NCBI GenBank assembly: GCA_043228905.1
Contig: JBHGNT010000020.1
Location: 1,178,001-1,242,000, forward strand
Source: Azolla caroliniana
Lineage: Eukaryota > Plantae > Polypodiophyta
Reading direction: 5' to 3'
DNA: 64,000 nucleotides
This document shows positions 22,501 to 35,030 of this stretch, piece after piece (position 1 is the first letter of the stretch; each line of letters begins with the position of its first letter). The notes under the pieces are model-generated. The model made no database searches and had not been told where the DNA came from. It saw only the letters and a list, made by a program, of their open reading frames with translations. The position numbers and the translations under genes were made by a program.

Positions 22501-23842
22501 GCTATCGCAGGCACCCCAAAGCTTACCACCACCACCTAAGCAGACACCACACTGGAGCCCATGGCGCTCTCCGAGACTGGAAATGGTTTACACAACATGG
22601 ATTGGAGGGTTTTCTCTGGATAGTAGAAGCACCTCCCCACGACGAACCGAAAAAGGTCGCAAAGAAGATCGACCTGGAGGAAGTAATAGAGGAGGCTAGC
22701 CGTGCCTTAATCGGATTGCCAGAGGGAGGGCTCTACTCTATTGAGAATCCTTCCCTAGAGACGCTGACGAAGTTCTTCGGCGAGTACTCCCTCGCCAACA
22801 AAGAGTACCGGACACAAGGCGGTGATGACACCTTGTTCCGAGAAGTGGCTTGTGTGCTCCACGAGTATGGGTTTGTGCACCCCCGACCCCCGGCAATGCC
22901 TAAGAACAGAGCTGAGTTCATCATCGCAACATACGAAGGGGTGAAAGTGGATTGGCCGATAATCATCGCCGATTCTCTGCAAGTGGCCATCCTATCCGTA
23001 GTGGATGGCAAGAAAGTATGGACAGTGGTGGCCCAATGGCTCACCCTCCTCGCACCACCAATGCCGGCAATAAAGGCGAAGAAACGGGGCCAAGCGGCGG
23101 ATGCAACGCCAAACAAGCCTTCGAAGTGGCAACAACTCCTCGCCAAGCACGCTCCTAGTTGGACAAAGGGAGGATCGGCACAGAAGGAAAAGGAACCGCC
23201 CAGCCGGAAGCGGCAGGCGGAGACCGAGGCACCGGTAGAACCACCGGTAAAGCCTCTTAAAATTAAACCGCGCCGGCAAGAGTGAGAGCCGCCCACCTTG
23301 GCTCAAAGAATTAACATCAGAACCCAAGAGGAGGAGGCGGAGGAAGAACCTGCCGACGATTTCCTATGTCGCCAGAAGAGAAGCGACGCGGAGCAGCAAG
23401 GGGACGAATCGGGTCCGGTAAAGGACAACACACCGACTCCCCGCTCCGAGGGACGAGAGCCAAGGCAAGAGACTGGGCATGTTCGACCGGAAGCGGTGGC
23501 ACCGGTGCTACTAGAACTGGTGATAGAACTACCTATCTTATCAGGTCGACATGCACAACAAGAAAAGAAGTTGTTACTAGAGACAATAGTACAACATGGG
23601 CTTGAGGTGAGACCAGAGCCGACACCACAACCTGAACCGCCAAGGCAACAAGGCACCGACAGTCAATGGTTGCGTTGGATCGGAGAGCAGGTGGCAGGGG
23701 TGGTAAGCTAGATTGAAGCCGAAGAGAGAGCACAAGGGGACTGGTTGTTCGCCACAACCAAAGAACTCGAGAAAGCCTGATCGAGGATCTGGAGCATGGA
23801 GGAAGAAGTTGAGGAGGCCAAATCAGACGCGGCTAGACAGGG
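19600..23842 (+). mobile_element. Non-chromovirus Ty3/gypsy remnant: LTR-like segment, internal deletion, RT-end/RH/IN, extra 3' ORF
   Basis: TATAAAA ~19774, LTR-like end TTAACA ~20034, joined to CLEKCRGYRLSLNP. VDASDIAIG, NYSTTEREAL, KWGLDFVGP, YYPQANGLAE. Left boundary approximate. Confidence 0.8.
22470..23842 (+). pseudogene. Extra ORF downstream of pol (eORF), interrupted by in-frame stops
   Basis: ORFs 22470-23285 and 23298-23711 share a frame. GVKVDWPIII motif, then P/E-rich linker and coiled-coil-like tail. Confidence 0.6.
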
Positions 23843-26800
23843 TTCTCTGGAACATTCTAGAAGCTTCAGGATTACTCCTGAAAACACTATAAAAGAGGGC
23901 ACTAGGCATTATGTTTAACCAAATTGGTTCAACGCCAGTCTTAAGCCTCTTAGGCGCTTTGTACTTATCTTTCACATAATATATTAGTTGTTGTCATCAT
24001 CTTTCTCTCTCTCTCTCATTCTCGCTATCTCTCTCTCTCCTCTTCTCACTTCCTCTCTCGGGAGTCTTACGTAGTTCCGTCCTCTTAGTACTAATAGTAC
24101 TGCTCTTCTTTAGTACTAATTCCATATCTGTTTTAGTACTATTCCTGACAGTTTGAACCAAATTTCCTTCTTCTCCAGCGTAATTGTCACTCTCCCTCAT
24201 CTTCCTACCCTTTTCCCTATACTATGGCTACTGTTAGCGCCCAAGCATACCAATCCGTTTTCTCCGAACTACAGTGCCTAAAAGAAAAATTTGTTGCCCT
24301 GGAACAAGAAAACCAATGGTTGATAGGGGATCTACAACAAATCGCTCTAGAAAAACAACAAACGCAACAACAACATGGGGAGTTAGCGTTACGAGTACAA
24401 CAACTCGAAGCAGTGTTGCAACAACAAGGATCAAGTCCCCAAGGATTTCATAAAGAGCCCAAGATTGGACTTCCTGTGAAATTTGATGGAACGCGATCAC
24501 AATTCCGGGGATTCCTTAATCAGGTACGCTTAGTCATCTAGATGCATCCTTCCTGATATCCCACTGATGCATCTCGAGTCGGCCTAATAGGCACGCTACT
24601 TAGCGGCTCAGCCTTGGCATGGTTCCCTCTGCTTCTAGAAAAACAATCGCCCTTGCTTAATCACTTTGAAGATTTTATTGGTGAGTTTAAAGCCTGCTTT
24701 GGAGATACCGACAGCATCAGGACGGCGATCAACGTCAAGGCGATCGTCCAGCCTCTGCCTACGCGGCAGATTTCCGTCTACTCACCTCAGATATCCCCTG
24801 GGATGATCAGGCCCTCATGGAGCAGTTTCGCTACGGCTTGCGCAACGATGTCAAAGACTTGCTTTTAACCTTCCCCGAAGAACCAAAGTCTCTTACAGAG
24901 GCAATCAGTCGAGCGGTCCGATGCGACAACCGCCTTTTCGAACGGCTTTCAGAACGTCAGTTACAAATACCTCGCTCTCGGCCGGAACCCACATATGCCT
25001 CAGTCACGGCTAAACCGTTTGCACACGATGTACCTCAAGCCAATATTCCGACACCGATGGAGATCGACACCATGCGTCGACGCGGCCCGTTATCGGAAGA
25101 AGAAAAGCAACGATGACGTGGTAATTGATTATGTCTTTATTGCGGTGGACCAGGGCATATTTCCATCAATTGTCCCCATAGGCCAAGAAGACAGGTAATT
25201 CAAATCGTCTCTTGTACTAAACCCGAGTCAATTCTTCCCTTCGGAGTGTCTGATAGTATTAATAGTACTAATAGATTGTCAGATAGTATTCATAGTACTA
25301 CTAGCCCAAGTATCTCAAATAAATTTGAAGTCCTTAGTCAATTAGATGAAGAGTTAAACGATTGAGTCCAGCCAAAATAGGAGTCATTTGGTTGGACAAC
25401 AGCCCTAGATCTGTACAGCCCATTAGTGGTTCCATTCCTTCCAAGCAAGTTAGCAATATGTTCCTAGCCCAAGTCATTGTTAGTACTAAAAGTACTCCCC
25501 CAGTACCCGTCCTAGCAATTTTAGATTCCGGAGCTAATTCCTGTTTCATGGATCAAAATTTTGCCCAAGCTTCTCAGATATCCTTAAGGAAACTTCCTTG
25601 TCCCGCATCTGTAGTAGTCATTGATGCTCGTCCCATTGCTTCCGGGAATATTGTAGAAGAATCAGAACCCATTCAAGTTGTCCTAGGTAGTTTTGTGTAT
25701 GTAATATCATTTAATATAATTAGTAGTCCAGAGCATCCCATTGTCCTAGGATTACCTTGGTTTGAATTACATAATCCAACCATAGATTGGAGAACAAGAG
25801 AAGTCCGATATCGACCACCCCAAGAATCAACTCACCGAGTTTCGACCATTTCACTCCATCAACTACGCGAAGAAGGACCCAAGGAGGCAATGTTCCTATT
25901 TGCACTATCAGTACATCCTTCCAGCACTATTAAGAAGGACTCCTTAGTACAACTTCCGGCAAAATATCATCCTTATGCCAATGTATTTGACAAGGTAAAA
26001 GCCGGTACCCTTCCTCATCATCGTCCCTATGACTGTCCCATCGATTTACAACCAGGAACCGAGCCACCATGGGACCAATTTACAACTTGTCACCCACCGA
26101 GTTAGAAGTCCTTCGAGCCTACATAGAGGAGAACTTGGCAAGCGGTTTCATCCGTCATTCGAAATCTCCGGCCGGTGCACCCATCTTCTTTGTCAAGAAG
26201 AAAGATGGCTCACTTCGTCTCGTCGTTGATTACCGCGGATTGAATAAAGTCACCATCCGGAATAGGTATGCACTTCCTCTTATATCAAGTCTTTTAGAGC
26301 GAGTTAATGGTGCCAAGTTTTTTACTAAAATCGACCTACGAGGAGCGTATAACCTCGTGCGGATCCGACCGGGAGATGAATGGAAGACCGCCTTTTGCAC
26401 GCGGTATGGGCATTTCGAGTATATTGTTATGCCGTTCGGCCTAACCAATGCACCCGCAGTATTCCAACACATGGCAAATGATATCTGTTTGATCATCTAT
26501 CTGGATGATCTATTGATTTATTCGAAGACCCAGGAAGAGCACGATTCTCATGTACTATTAGTACTAAAGCGACTCTGCGAGAATGATCTTTATGCCAAGC
26601 TAGAAAAATGTAGCTTTGACTGCAAGCAAGTGGAATTTCTAGGCTACGTCATCTCCTCAAAGGGCATCGCCATGGATCCAGCTAAAATCCAAACTGTACT
26701 AGAGTGGCAAATTCCATGGTCGGTACGAGATGTACAATGTTTTCTAGGTTTTGCTAACTTCTACCGTAAGTTTATACAGGATTACTCGAAGATTATTTTA

Positions 26801-27801
26801 CCTCTCACACAACTTACGAAGAAGGGCCAAGCATTTCTTTGGTCCATCGAAGCAGATATGGCTTTTCGACATCTTAAGAAAGCCTTTACATCAGCACCAA
26901 TTCTAGCTCATGTGGATACAAGCAAACCATTCATCATGGAGGCCGACGCATCAGATTTCGCCCTCAGTAGCATCCTTTCTCAACAAGGAGATAAAGACGA
27001 GTTGCATCCGGTGGCTTTCCATTCGCGCAAATTCGATGTCGCAGAAATCAACTACGAAATACATGACAAAGAGTTATTAGCCATCGTGATTCATTTGTGC
27101 AATGGCGGCATTTCTTAGAGGGCTCTCCACATCAGGTCATTGTCTTTAGCGATCATAAAAATCTTGCTTATTTTCAGAACGCTCGCGTACTAAATCGACG
27201 GCAAGCTCGGTGGGCGCAATTCCTCACGCGTTTCGACTTCAAAATCACATATCGACCGGGGAAGCAACAAGGAAAAGCAGACGCACTATCACAGCGTTCA
27301 TATCTTGCACCTCGTCCTGGTGATGCAACATTTGATAATCAAAAGCAAGTAATTTTGGGACCAACACGATTGCACACGACGCGGATTTTTCACACCCCGA
27401 TGGATTCACGGATTACCGATGACATATGTGTAACCTTGAAGACGGATAGTTTTGCTCAAGACATCATGGCGCACATTGATACTTCTCGGGCATCCTGTTC
27501 TCGGTCTCAACAACCAGGTATTGACAACCGACAATTCGAATATCATGATGGTTTATTATTCTTTAAAAAGCGCGTATATGTCCCCGATTGCTCCTGTCGC
27601 CTTCAAATCGTCCAGCATTGTCACGACACCCATACGGCGGGACATTTCGGTAGTACTAAGACGTTGGAGCTAGTGCAGCGATCTTTTTGGTGGCCCCACA
27701 TGCGCCGTTTTGTCGACGACTGTTGGGATTACGGTCCCTCCGGATGGGATGGTCGGATGTCCGGGAATCGGGAATGAAGTCCCGAATGAGGAGTACCCGG
27801 T

Positions 27802-27900
27802 ATCGGAGCCGGATGATGAAGACCCGGTTCCGGATCCGGATGATGAAGACCCCGGCTACGGAGCCGGATGATGAAGACCCCGGCTACGGAGCCGGATGAC
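27802..27900 (+). repeat. ~27-bp tandem repeats in the copia LTR U3
   Basis: GGAGCCGGATGATGAAGACCC(C)GG unit repeated 3-4 times; also at ~32578-32676. Confidence 0.85.
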
Positions 27901-28404
27901 GAATGTACCCGGAGGGAGATCCGGATGCGGGGACATATTTGTGAATATGTTTGCCAAGGGCCCTTCAGGCTATACTTGTCAATAGCCCGAAAGTCATATG
28001 TGTATAAATATGACTTAGGGCAAACAGTTTTGTTGTTGTTGCTCATTTTTCTGTTTTCCACTTAGAGAGAGCGAAGTGAGAGCAGTAGAGAGTGAGAGAG
28101 AGAGAGAGGGAAACGAAGAGGTCAACGCCTCTGTGTAATACCGCCACCTGTGGTGAGGACAGCGAGCTCAAGGTCGTCGCCTTGCAGCTCGCCATTGTAC
28201 ATTCCCTGCGTATAGTGATAGTTGGAGTCTTGCACTCCCGTGGTTTTTCCCGTCTAGGGTTTTCCACGCTAAACCCTGTGCATTCGTGTCTCTCTCTGTG
28301 TTTTCGATTTTCTGCTGCATTGATTCGTGTTTCCTCGGTTGTGGCCGAGAGGTGTAGAAATTGAAAGCGTCAATTTCTAACAATCTGGTATCAGAGCGAC
28401 TACA

Positions 28405-31400
28405 GTGCAGAAAATGGAAGGCGGCAGCAGCGGGCAGCCGGGGATGATAGTGTTGAATGCGCAGAACTACGCCGACTGGAAGATAAAGATGAAGGATCTG
28501 CTCATTGTTCGGGACCTGTATGAACCGATCGATAGGTCGGAAATACCCAAGGGGGTACTTGAGACGGAATGGAGGCTTCTGAACCGGAAAGCCGTTGCAA
28601 CCATTCGGCAATACGTCGACGTGAGCGTTCTACAACATGTGGCGAACGACACCAACGCATATGAGATGTGGCAGAAGCTGTCGGGCCTCTACGAGAGGAA
28701 GAATGCGTTGAACCGGACCTCCCTGATGAGGAAGATAGTGAACCTCAAGTACCGGGACGGCGAGAGTATGGTGGAACACGTAAGCACGTTCATGGGATTC
28801 GTGAACCAGCTTGCGGCGATCAAGTTCCCGTTGGAGGATGCAATGCAAGCCATCATCCTGATGTGTACTTTGCCGGCAAGCTAGGAGAACTTGGTGGTGA
28901 CTCTCAGCACCTCCTGCACCGAAGATAACTTGTCCTTACAAACGGTAAAGACAAGCATTTTGAACGAAGAAGCGCGTCGGAGAGATAAAGAACCGGCCTC
29001 CGATCCGAAGATGCTGCTTACCGAATCGGATCGGGGAAGACAACGGAACCGGAGTCCGCAAAGACGGGGGAAGTCGGGGACCCGGTCGCAGTCAAGAGGA
29101 AGGCCCACATGCTTCCACTGTGGGAAGCCGGGGCACTTCCGAAAGAATTGTCGGCATTACCGAAAAGACAACGGAGCCGACGACACCGATTCGAAGAAGT
29201 CTTCGGAACGGAACGGTGCTTACCGGGGAGCCACGGACCGGAATGGTTCGGATCGGCGAGAGCAGGACCGGAAAGGAACGACGGCACTCGCGGCAAGTGA
29301 AGAGGAGATCATGCTCATCACCGAAGAAGGTGAACTAAACGTTGCCGGCGATGAGACTACCTGGGTGGTCGATTCCGGAGCGTCGTTCCACCTGACCCCG
29401 GAAAGAAGATACTTCTCATCTTACACAGTCGGTGAGCATGGCTGTGTTCGGATGGGAAATGAAGGTACGTGCCGGATTGCCGGCATAGGAGACGTGTGGT
29501 TGACAACCTCGACCGGATGCAAAATGTTGCTGAAGGATGTCCGACACGTTCCGGAGGTTCGATTGAACCTGATTTCGGCCGGGAGGCTAGACGATGAAGG
29601 CTACACAGGTAGCATCCGGAACGGCGTAATGAAGTTCAGCAAGGGGAGCCTGATAGTGGCTCGGGCCCGGAAAGTCAACACACTGTACCTTATGAATGCC
29701 TGGTTGTGTCCGGAGGAGTTGAACGTGGCAGCCGACACTGCCGGTGAGCTGTGGCACAAGAGACTGTGCCACATGAGTGAGAAGGGGATGAAGAGGCTTG
29801 CAGAAGACAACCTTATTCCAGTGAAGCATGTGCACCTGGAGAAGTGCACCGATTCCCTGGCCGGTAAGCAGAACCGAACCTCTTTCCACTCAAGGCCACC
29901 GACGAGACGTAGTGCACCATTGGAGTTGGTGCACACTGACGTGTGTCAAGTAGAAACGAAGTCACATGGCGGAGCCCAGTACTTCGTGACATTCATTGAT
30001 GACCACAGCCGGAAGCTGTGGACGGCACCGTTGAAGACAAAGGACCAAGTGTTGTGCGTCTTCAAAGAACTCCACGCGAGAGTGGAAAGGGAATCCGGCA
30101 AGAAGCTAAAAGCGATACGAGCGGATAACGGAGGGGAATACCGAGGGCAGTTCGAGGAGTATTGTCGCTCGAAGGGAATCCGGCTCGAGTTTACTGTGCC
30201 GAAGACGCCGAATCTGAACGGGCTGGCCGAGAGGATGAACCGGACCATAATGGAGAGGGTCCGGAGTATGCTGGCGCATGCGAAATTACCCAAGGGGTTT
30301 TGGGCTGAGGCAATGTCGACGGCGACATACGTGATAAACAGATCACCCTCAGTACCTTTGGACGGAGACACGCCGCAGAGAGTGTGGACCGGTAGGGAAG
30401 TATCCTACCGGCATCTGAAGGTGTTCGGGTGTCTCGCATATGTGCATGTGGCAAAGGACCGGAGAGGAAAGCTAGATCCAAAGACCCGACCATGCATATT
30501 CCTCGGTTACGGCGATGACGAGTTCGGCTACCGGGTATGGGACCCGGTCGACAAAAGGATATTCCGGAGTCGTGATATCATCTTCATGGAGGACAAGACA
30601 CTCGCCGACTGGGAGTCAGAGAAGAAGATGAAGAGCTCCAAGTCGACCAGTGAGGATCAACTCTACGAGGAGCAGTCCCGACCGGAAAGGGACAGGTTAG
30701 CACTCGAGGATCCGGCCGAAGACGGTGAAGAAACAGAACCGGCCGAGGAAGATGAAACTGATACCGGAACCGGCCCCGATCCCGAAATGGATTCGGATGA
30801 AGAGGAAACGGAGGAGCCGGTTACCGAAGCTCCGGAACGGAGATATCCTCTAAGAGAGAGAAGGCCCCCCGGAGATTTCCGGAACCAGAGCACGTGCTGC
30901 TAACCGACGAAGGGGAGCCGGAGAGTTTTGAAGAAGCAAAGCTTGACATCCATAGCCGCAGGTGGTTAAGTGCCATGCAGGAGGAGATGGATTCCCTGCA
31001 TGAGAACCACACATATGAACTTGTGGAGTTGCCGAAAGGAAAGCGGGCACTTCGAAACAAGTGGGTGTTCAAGCTGAAACCGGGAGATGCCGGAAACCCC
31101 CCGAGATACAAAGCCAGGATCGTGGTGAAGGGGTTCCAGCAGAAGAAGGGCGTCGACTTCGACGAGATATTTGCCCCGGTAGTGAAGATGACCTCCATCC
31201 GGACGGTGCTGAGCATAGCGGCAAGCATGGACCTCGAGGTAGAACAGATGGACGTGAAGACGGCATTCCTTCACGGTGACCTCGAAGAAGAGATCTACAT
31301 GCAGCAACCGGAAGGATTCGAGAAGAAAGGGAAGGAGCACCTGGTATGCCGGTTGAAGAAGAGCCTTTACGGACTGAAGCAGGCTCCCCGGCAATGGTAC

Positions 31401-32486
31401 CGGAAGTTCGACTCTTTCATGACCGACGAAGGGTACCACAAAACGCAGTCCGATCACTGCGTGTTTGTGAAGAAGTTCGAAGGAGGAGACTTTTTAATAC
31501 TCCTCCTGTACGTGGAAGACATGTTGATCGTCGGACGGGACCAGGTCAAGATACGGATGTTGAAGAAAGCGCTTCACCGAACCTTCTCAATGAAGGACCT
31601 GGGTCCGGCGAGGCAAATACTAGGGATGCACATCATCCGGGACCGGAAGAAGAAGCAGTTGTGGCTGTCACAGGAGAAGTACGTGACAAAGGTGCTTCAC
31701 CGGTTCAACATGTCGGAAGCAAGACCGGTCGGGTCAACCCTTCCGGCAAACTGCAAGTTGTCCAGCAAGCAAAGCCCCAAGACAAAGGCTGAGAAGGAGG
31801 ACATGATGAAAGTACCATATGCCTCTGCCGTCGGAAGCTTGATGTACGCAATGGTGTGTACAAGACCGGACATAGGATATGCAGTCGGAGTGGTGAGCCG
31901 GTACATGAGCAATCCCGGCAAAGAGCACTGGAACGCGGCCAAGTGGATACTCTGATACCTGAAGGGCACGGCAAACGTGTGCCTCCGATTCGGCTCCGGT
32001 AAGCCCGAACTCGACGGCTTTACCGATTCGGATATGTTGGCTGATGCAGATACCAGCCGGTCCACATCAGGGTATGTGATGACGTATGCAGGGGGAGCTG
32101 TTTCGTGGCAGTCGAGGCTGCAGAAGACGGTTGCATTGTCAACCACGGAGGCGGAGTACATGGCGGCTGTTGAAGCCGGCAAGGAAATGATATGGATGAA
32201 GGACTTCATTAGAGAGCTCGGTATCCGGCAGGAGGAGTACCGACTCTACTGCGACAGTCAGAGTGCCATCCACCTTGCCAAGAACGCGGCCTATCACTCC
32301 CGGACGAAGCACATCCAGCGAAGATATCACTGGATCCGGGAAAGGATAGAAGACCAGGAGTTCGTGCTGACGAAGATCCACACGGACGAGAACGGGTCAG
32401 ATATGCTGACCAAAGTGCTCACACCCGACAAGCTGGAAGCGTGCCGGAAGAGGGTCGGACTGGAAAGACATCCCATGCCGAAGTGA
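28405..32486 (+). pseudogene. Copia gag-pol with few lesions
   Basis: CCHC, VVDSGA, integrase, RT and RH all present. Stops at 28882 and 31953, frameshift ~30890, YVDD changed to YVED. Confidence 0.9.
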
Positions 32487-35030
32487 AGGGGGAGTTTGTT
32501 GGGATTACGGTCCCTCCGGATGGGATGGTCGGATGTCCGGGAATCGGGAATGAAGTCCCGAATGAGGAGTACCCGGTATCGGAGCCGGATGATGAAGACC
32601 CGGTTCCGGATCCGGATGATGAAGACCCCGGCTACGGAGCCGAATGATCAAGACCCCGGCTACGGAGCCGGATGACGAATGTACCCGGAGGGAGATCCGG
32701 ATGCGGGGACATATTTGTGAATATGTTTGCCAAGGGCCCTTCAGGCTATACTTGTCAATAGCCCGAAAGTCATATGTGTATAAATATGACTTAGGGCAAA
32801 CAGTTTTGTTGTTATTGCTCATTTTTCTGTTTTAGAGAGAGCGAAGTGAGAGCAGTAGAGAGTGAGAGAGAGAGAGAGGGAAACGAAGAGGTCGACGCCT
32901 CTGTGTAATACTGCCGCCTGTGGTGAGGACAGCGAGCTCAAGGTCGTCGCCTTGCAGCTCGCCATTGTACATTCCCTGCGTATAGTGATAGTTGGAGTCT
33001 TGCACTCCCGTGGTTTTTCCCGTCTAGGGTTTTCCACGCTAAACCCTGTGCATTCGTGTCTCTCTCTGTGTTTTCGATTTTCTGCTGCATTGATTCGTGT
33101 TTCCTCGGTTGTGGCCGAGAGGTGTAGAAATTGAAAGCGTCAATTTCTAACAACGACTACGTTCGGACCTATGATGCTTGCTACCGAGCAAAGATGCCAT
33201 GACACCATCCATATGGCTTGTTGGAACCCTTACCGATTCCAAGTAAGCCGTGGCAGTCTATTTGTCTTGATTTTATCATAGATCTGCCGGTCTCGAAGGG
33301 GTTCGATGCTATCCTAACCGTCGTCGATCGATATACGAAGATGGCACATTTTGTGTCGTGTACTAAAGCCATCACTAGCGAGGAAACCGCCGCCCTTGTT
33401 ATGCGTGAGGTATTTCGCCATCATGGCCTCCCAGACAGTATTATCAGTGACCAAGGACCGCAATTTGTCTCCAAATTTTGGTAGCATCTCTTCAAGATGC
33501 TCAAGGTCTCTTGCAACCTCTCCTCCGGCTACCATCCTCAAACCGACGGGCAGGCAAAACGAACAAACCAAACGCTGGAGCAATATCTCCGATGTTTCCT
33601 GAGTTATCAACAGGACGATTGGGCCGAGATTCTCCACTTTGCGGAGTTTGCGTATAATAATGCTATTCACTCCTCGACTCGGGTCTCCCCATTTTTCGCT
33701 TATACCGGTTTCCATCCTCGCTGGTCGGTGATCGACACCCCGGAGCTACCTACCAACCCTCGTGCCGAGGATCATTTGGAGAGGCTACGCAAGATCCAGA
33801 TGGATCTCTCTACTCACCTTCGTCATGCTCAACACACACAGAAGACTTATGCGGATCGTCATCGCATTCCCTCCTCTTTTGCCATCGGAGATCGAGTATG
33901 GCTCTTACGTCGTCACATCAAGACTACTCGACCGTGCGACAAGTTGGATTATCGACGACTCGGTCCCTTCCGTATTGCGGGTAAGATTAATGATGTCACA
34001 TTCCGCCTTGATCTCCCTCCACAACTTCAGATACATCCAGTTTTCCATTGTTCTCTTCTTGAACCTTATAAAGCCAACACCATTCCCGATCGTGTGACAC
34101 CTCCGCCGCCCCCGCTGGAGTTGGACACCGGCCCGGAGTATGAAGTTGCTGCCATCCTCGATTCCAAACTTGTTCACAACAAACTTTATTACTTGGTCGA
34201 TTGGCTCCGTTATAGTCCGAGCGAATGTACTTGGGAACCTGTCGAGCATGTTGCCAATGCACAGGATCTTCTTGCTTATTTCCACCGAAAGTACCCAGAC
34301 AAACCTGGTCCGCAATCAGCGCCGACTCGTTCCACTCGTCGTCTTTAAGGGGGAGATAGTGTCATGATATGGCAAGACTCGAACCCATGTCCTTAGGTTA
34401 TATGGGTCGAGCTCCTGACCATTAGACCATCTATTGTAATACGTAGGATATTATTTTCATTTACATTTTATTATAGGAAATTAGTGTATATTCCAGATTT
34501 CTCTGGAACATTCTAGAAGCTTCAGGATTACTCCTGAAAACACTATAAAAGAGGGCACTAGGCATTATGTTTAACCAAATTGGTTCAACGCCAGTCTTAA
34601 GCCTCTTAGGCGCTTTGTACTTATCTTTCACATAATATATTAGTTGTTGTCATCATCTTTCTCTCTCTCTCTCATTCTCGCTATCTCTCTCTCTCCTCTT
34701 CTCACTTCCTCTCTCGGGAGTCTTACGCAGTCCCGTCCTCTTAGTACTAATAGTACTGCTCTTCTTTAGTACTAATTCCATCTCTGTTTTAGTACTATTC
34801 CTGACAACATGTGGCCGCCTAACGTGAAATCAAGGTGGCAGATTAACCCAATGGGGCGAACCAATCGCATATCGGTCATCCGAAGCCAAAAGGGGCAAGG
34901 TTCACATTGGTTCAGTCCGAGTGTGTGACATGTGGCCTCACTGATGACATTCACGCCGGACCCACCGTCAATTATGCATCCATGAAGGCCACCGTCGATT
35001 TTGGGAATCCATGATGGGTGGGCTCGTCTC

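Larger units (their letters stand above)
27721..33152 (+). mobile_element. Full-length Ty1/copia (Tnt1/Tork-like) nested in element B
   Basis: LTRs 27721-28382 and 32497-33152 (about 6 substitutions plus a 6-nt indel). TSD ACGAC, PBS TGGTATCAGAGC at 28386, PPT GAAGGGGGAG. Confidence 0.97.
23843..34806 (+). mobile_element. Tcn1-like chromovirus B, degenerate, 5' LTR truncated
   Basis: Partial LTR 23843-24150 and full LTR 34360-34806. gag/pol collinear with A, with stops and frameshifts. Chromodomain ~34135-34290. Split by a copia at 27721. Confidence 0.93.

Noticed and set aside
22470-23711. Envelope gene
   Set aside because: No signal peptide or transmembrane stretch visible; kept only as an eORF.
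29018-32381. Many antisense and alternate-frame ORFs over the copia pol
   Set aside because: Expected shadows of GC-rich retroelement coding sequence.
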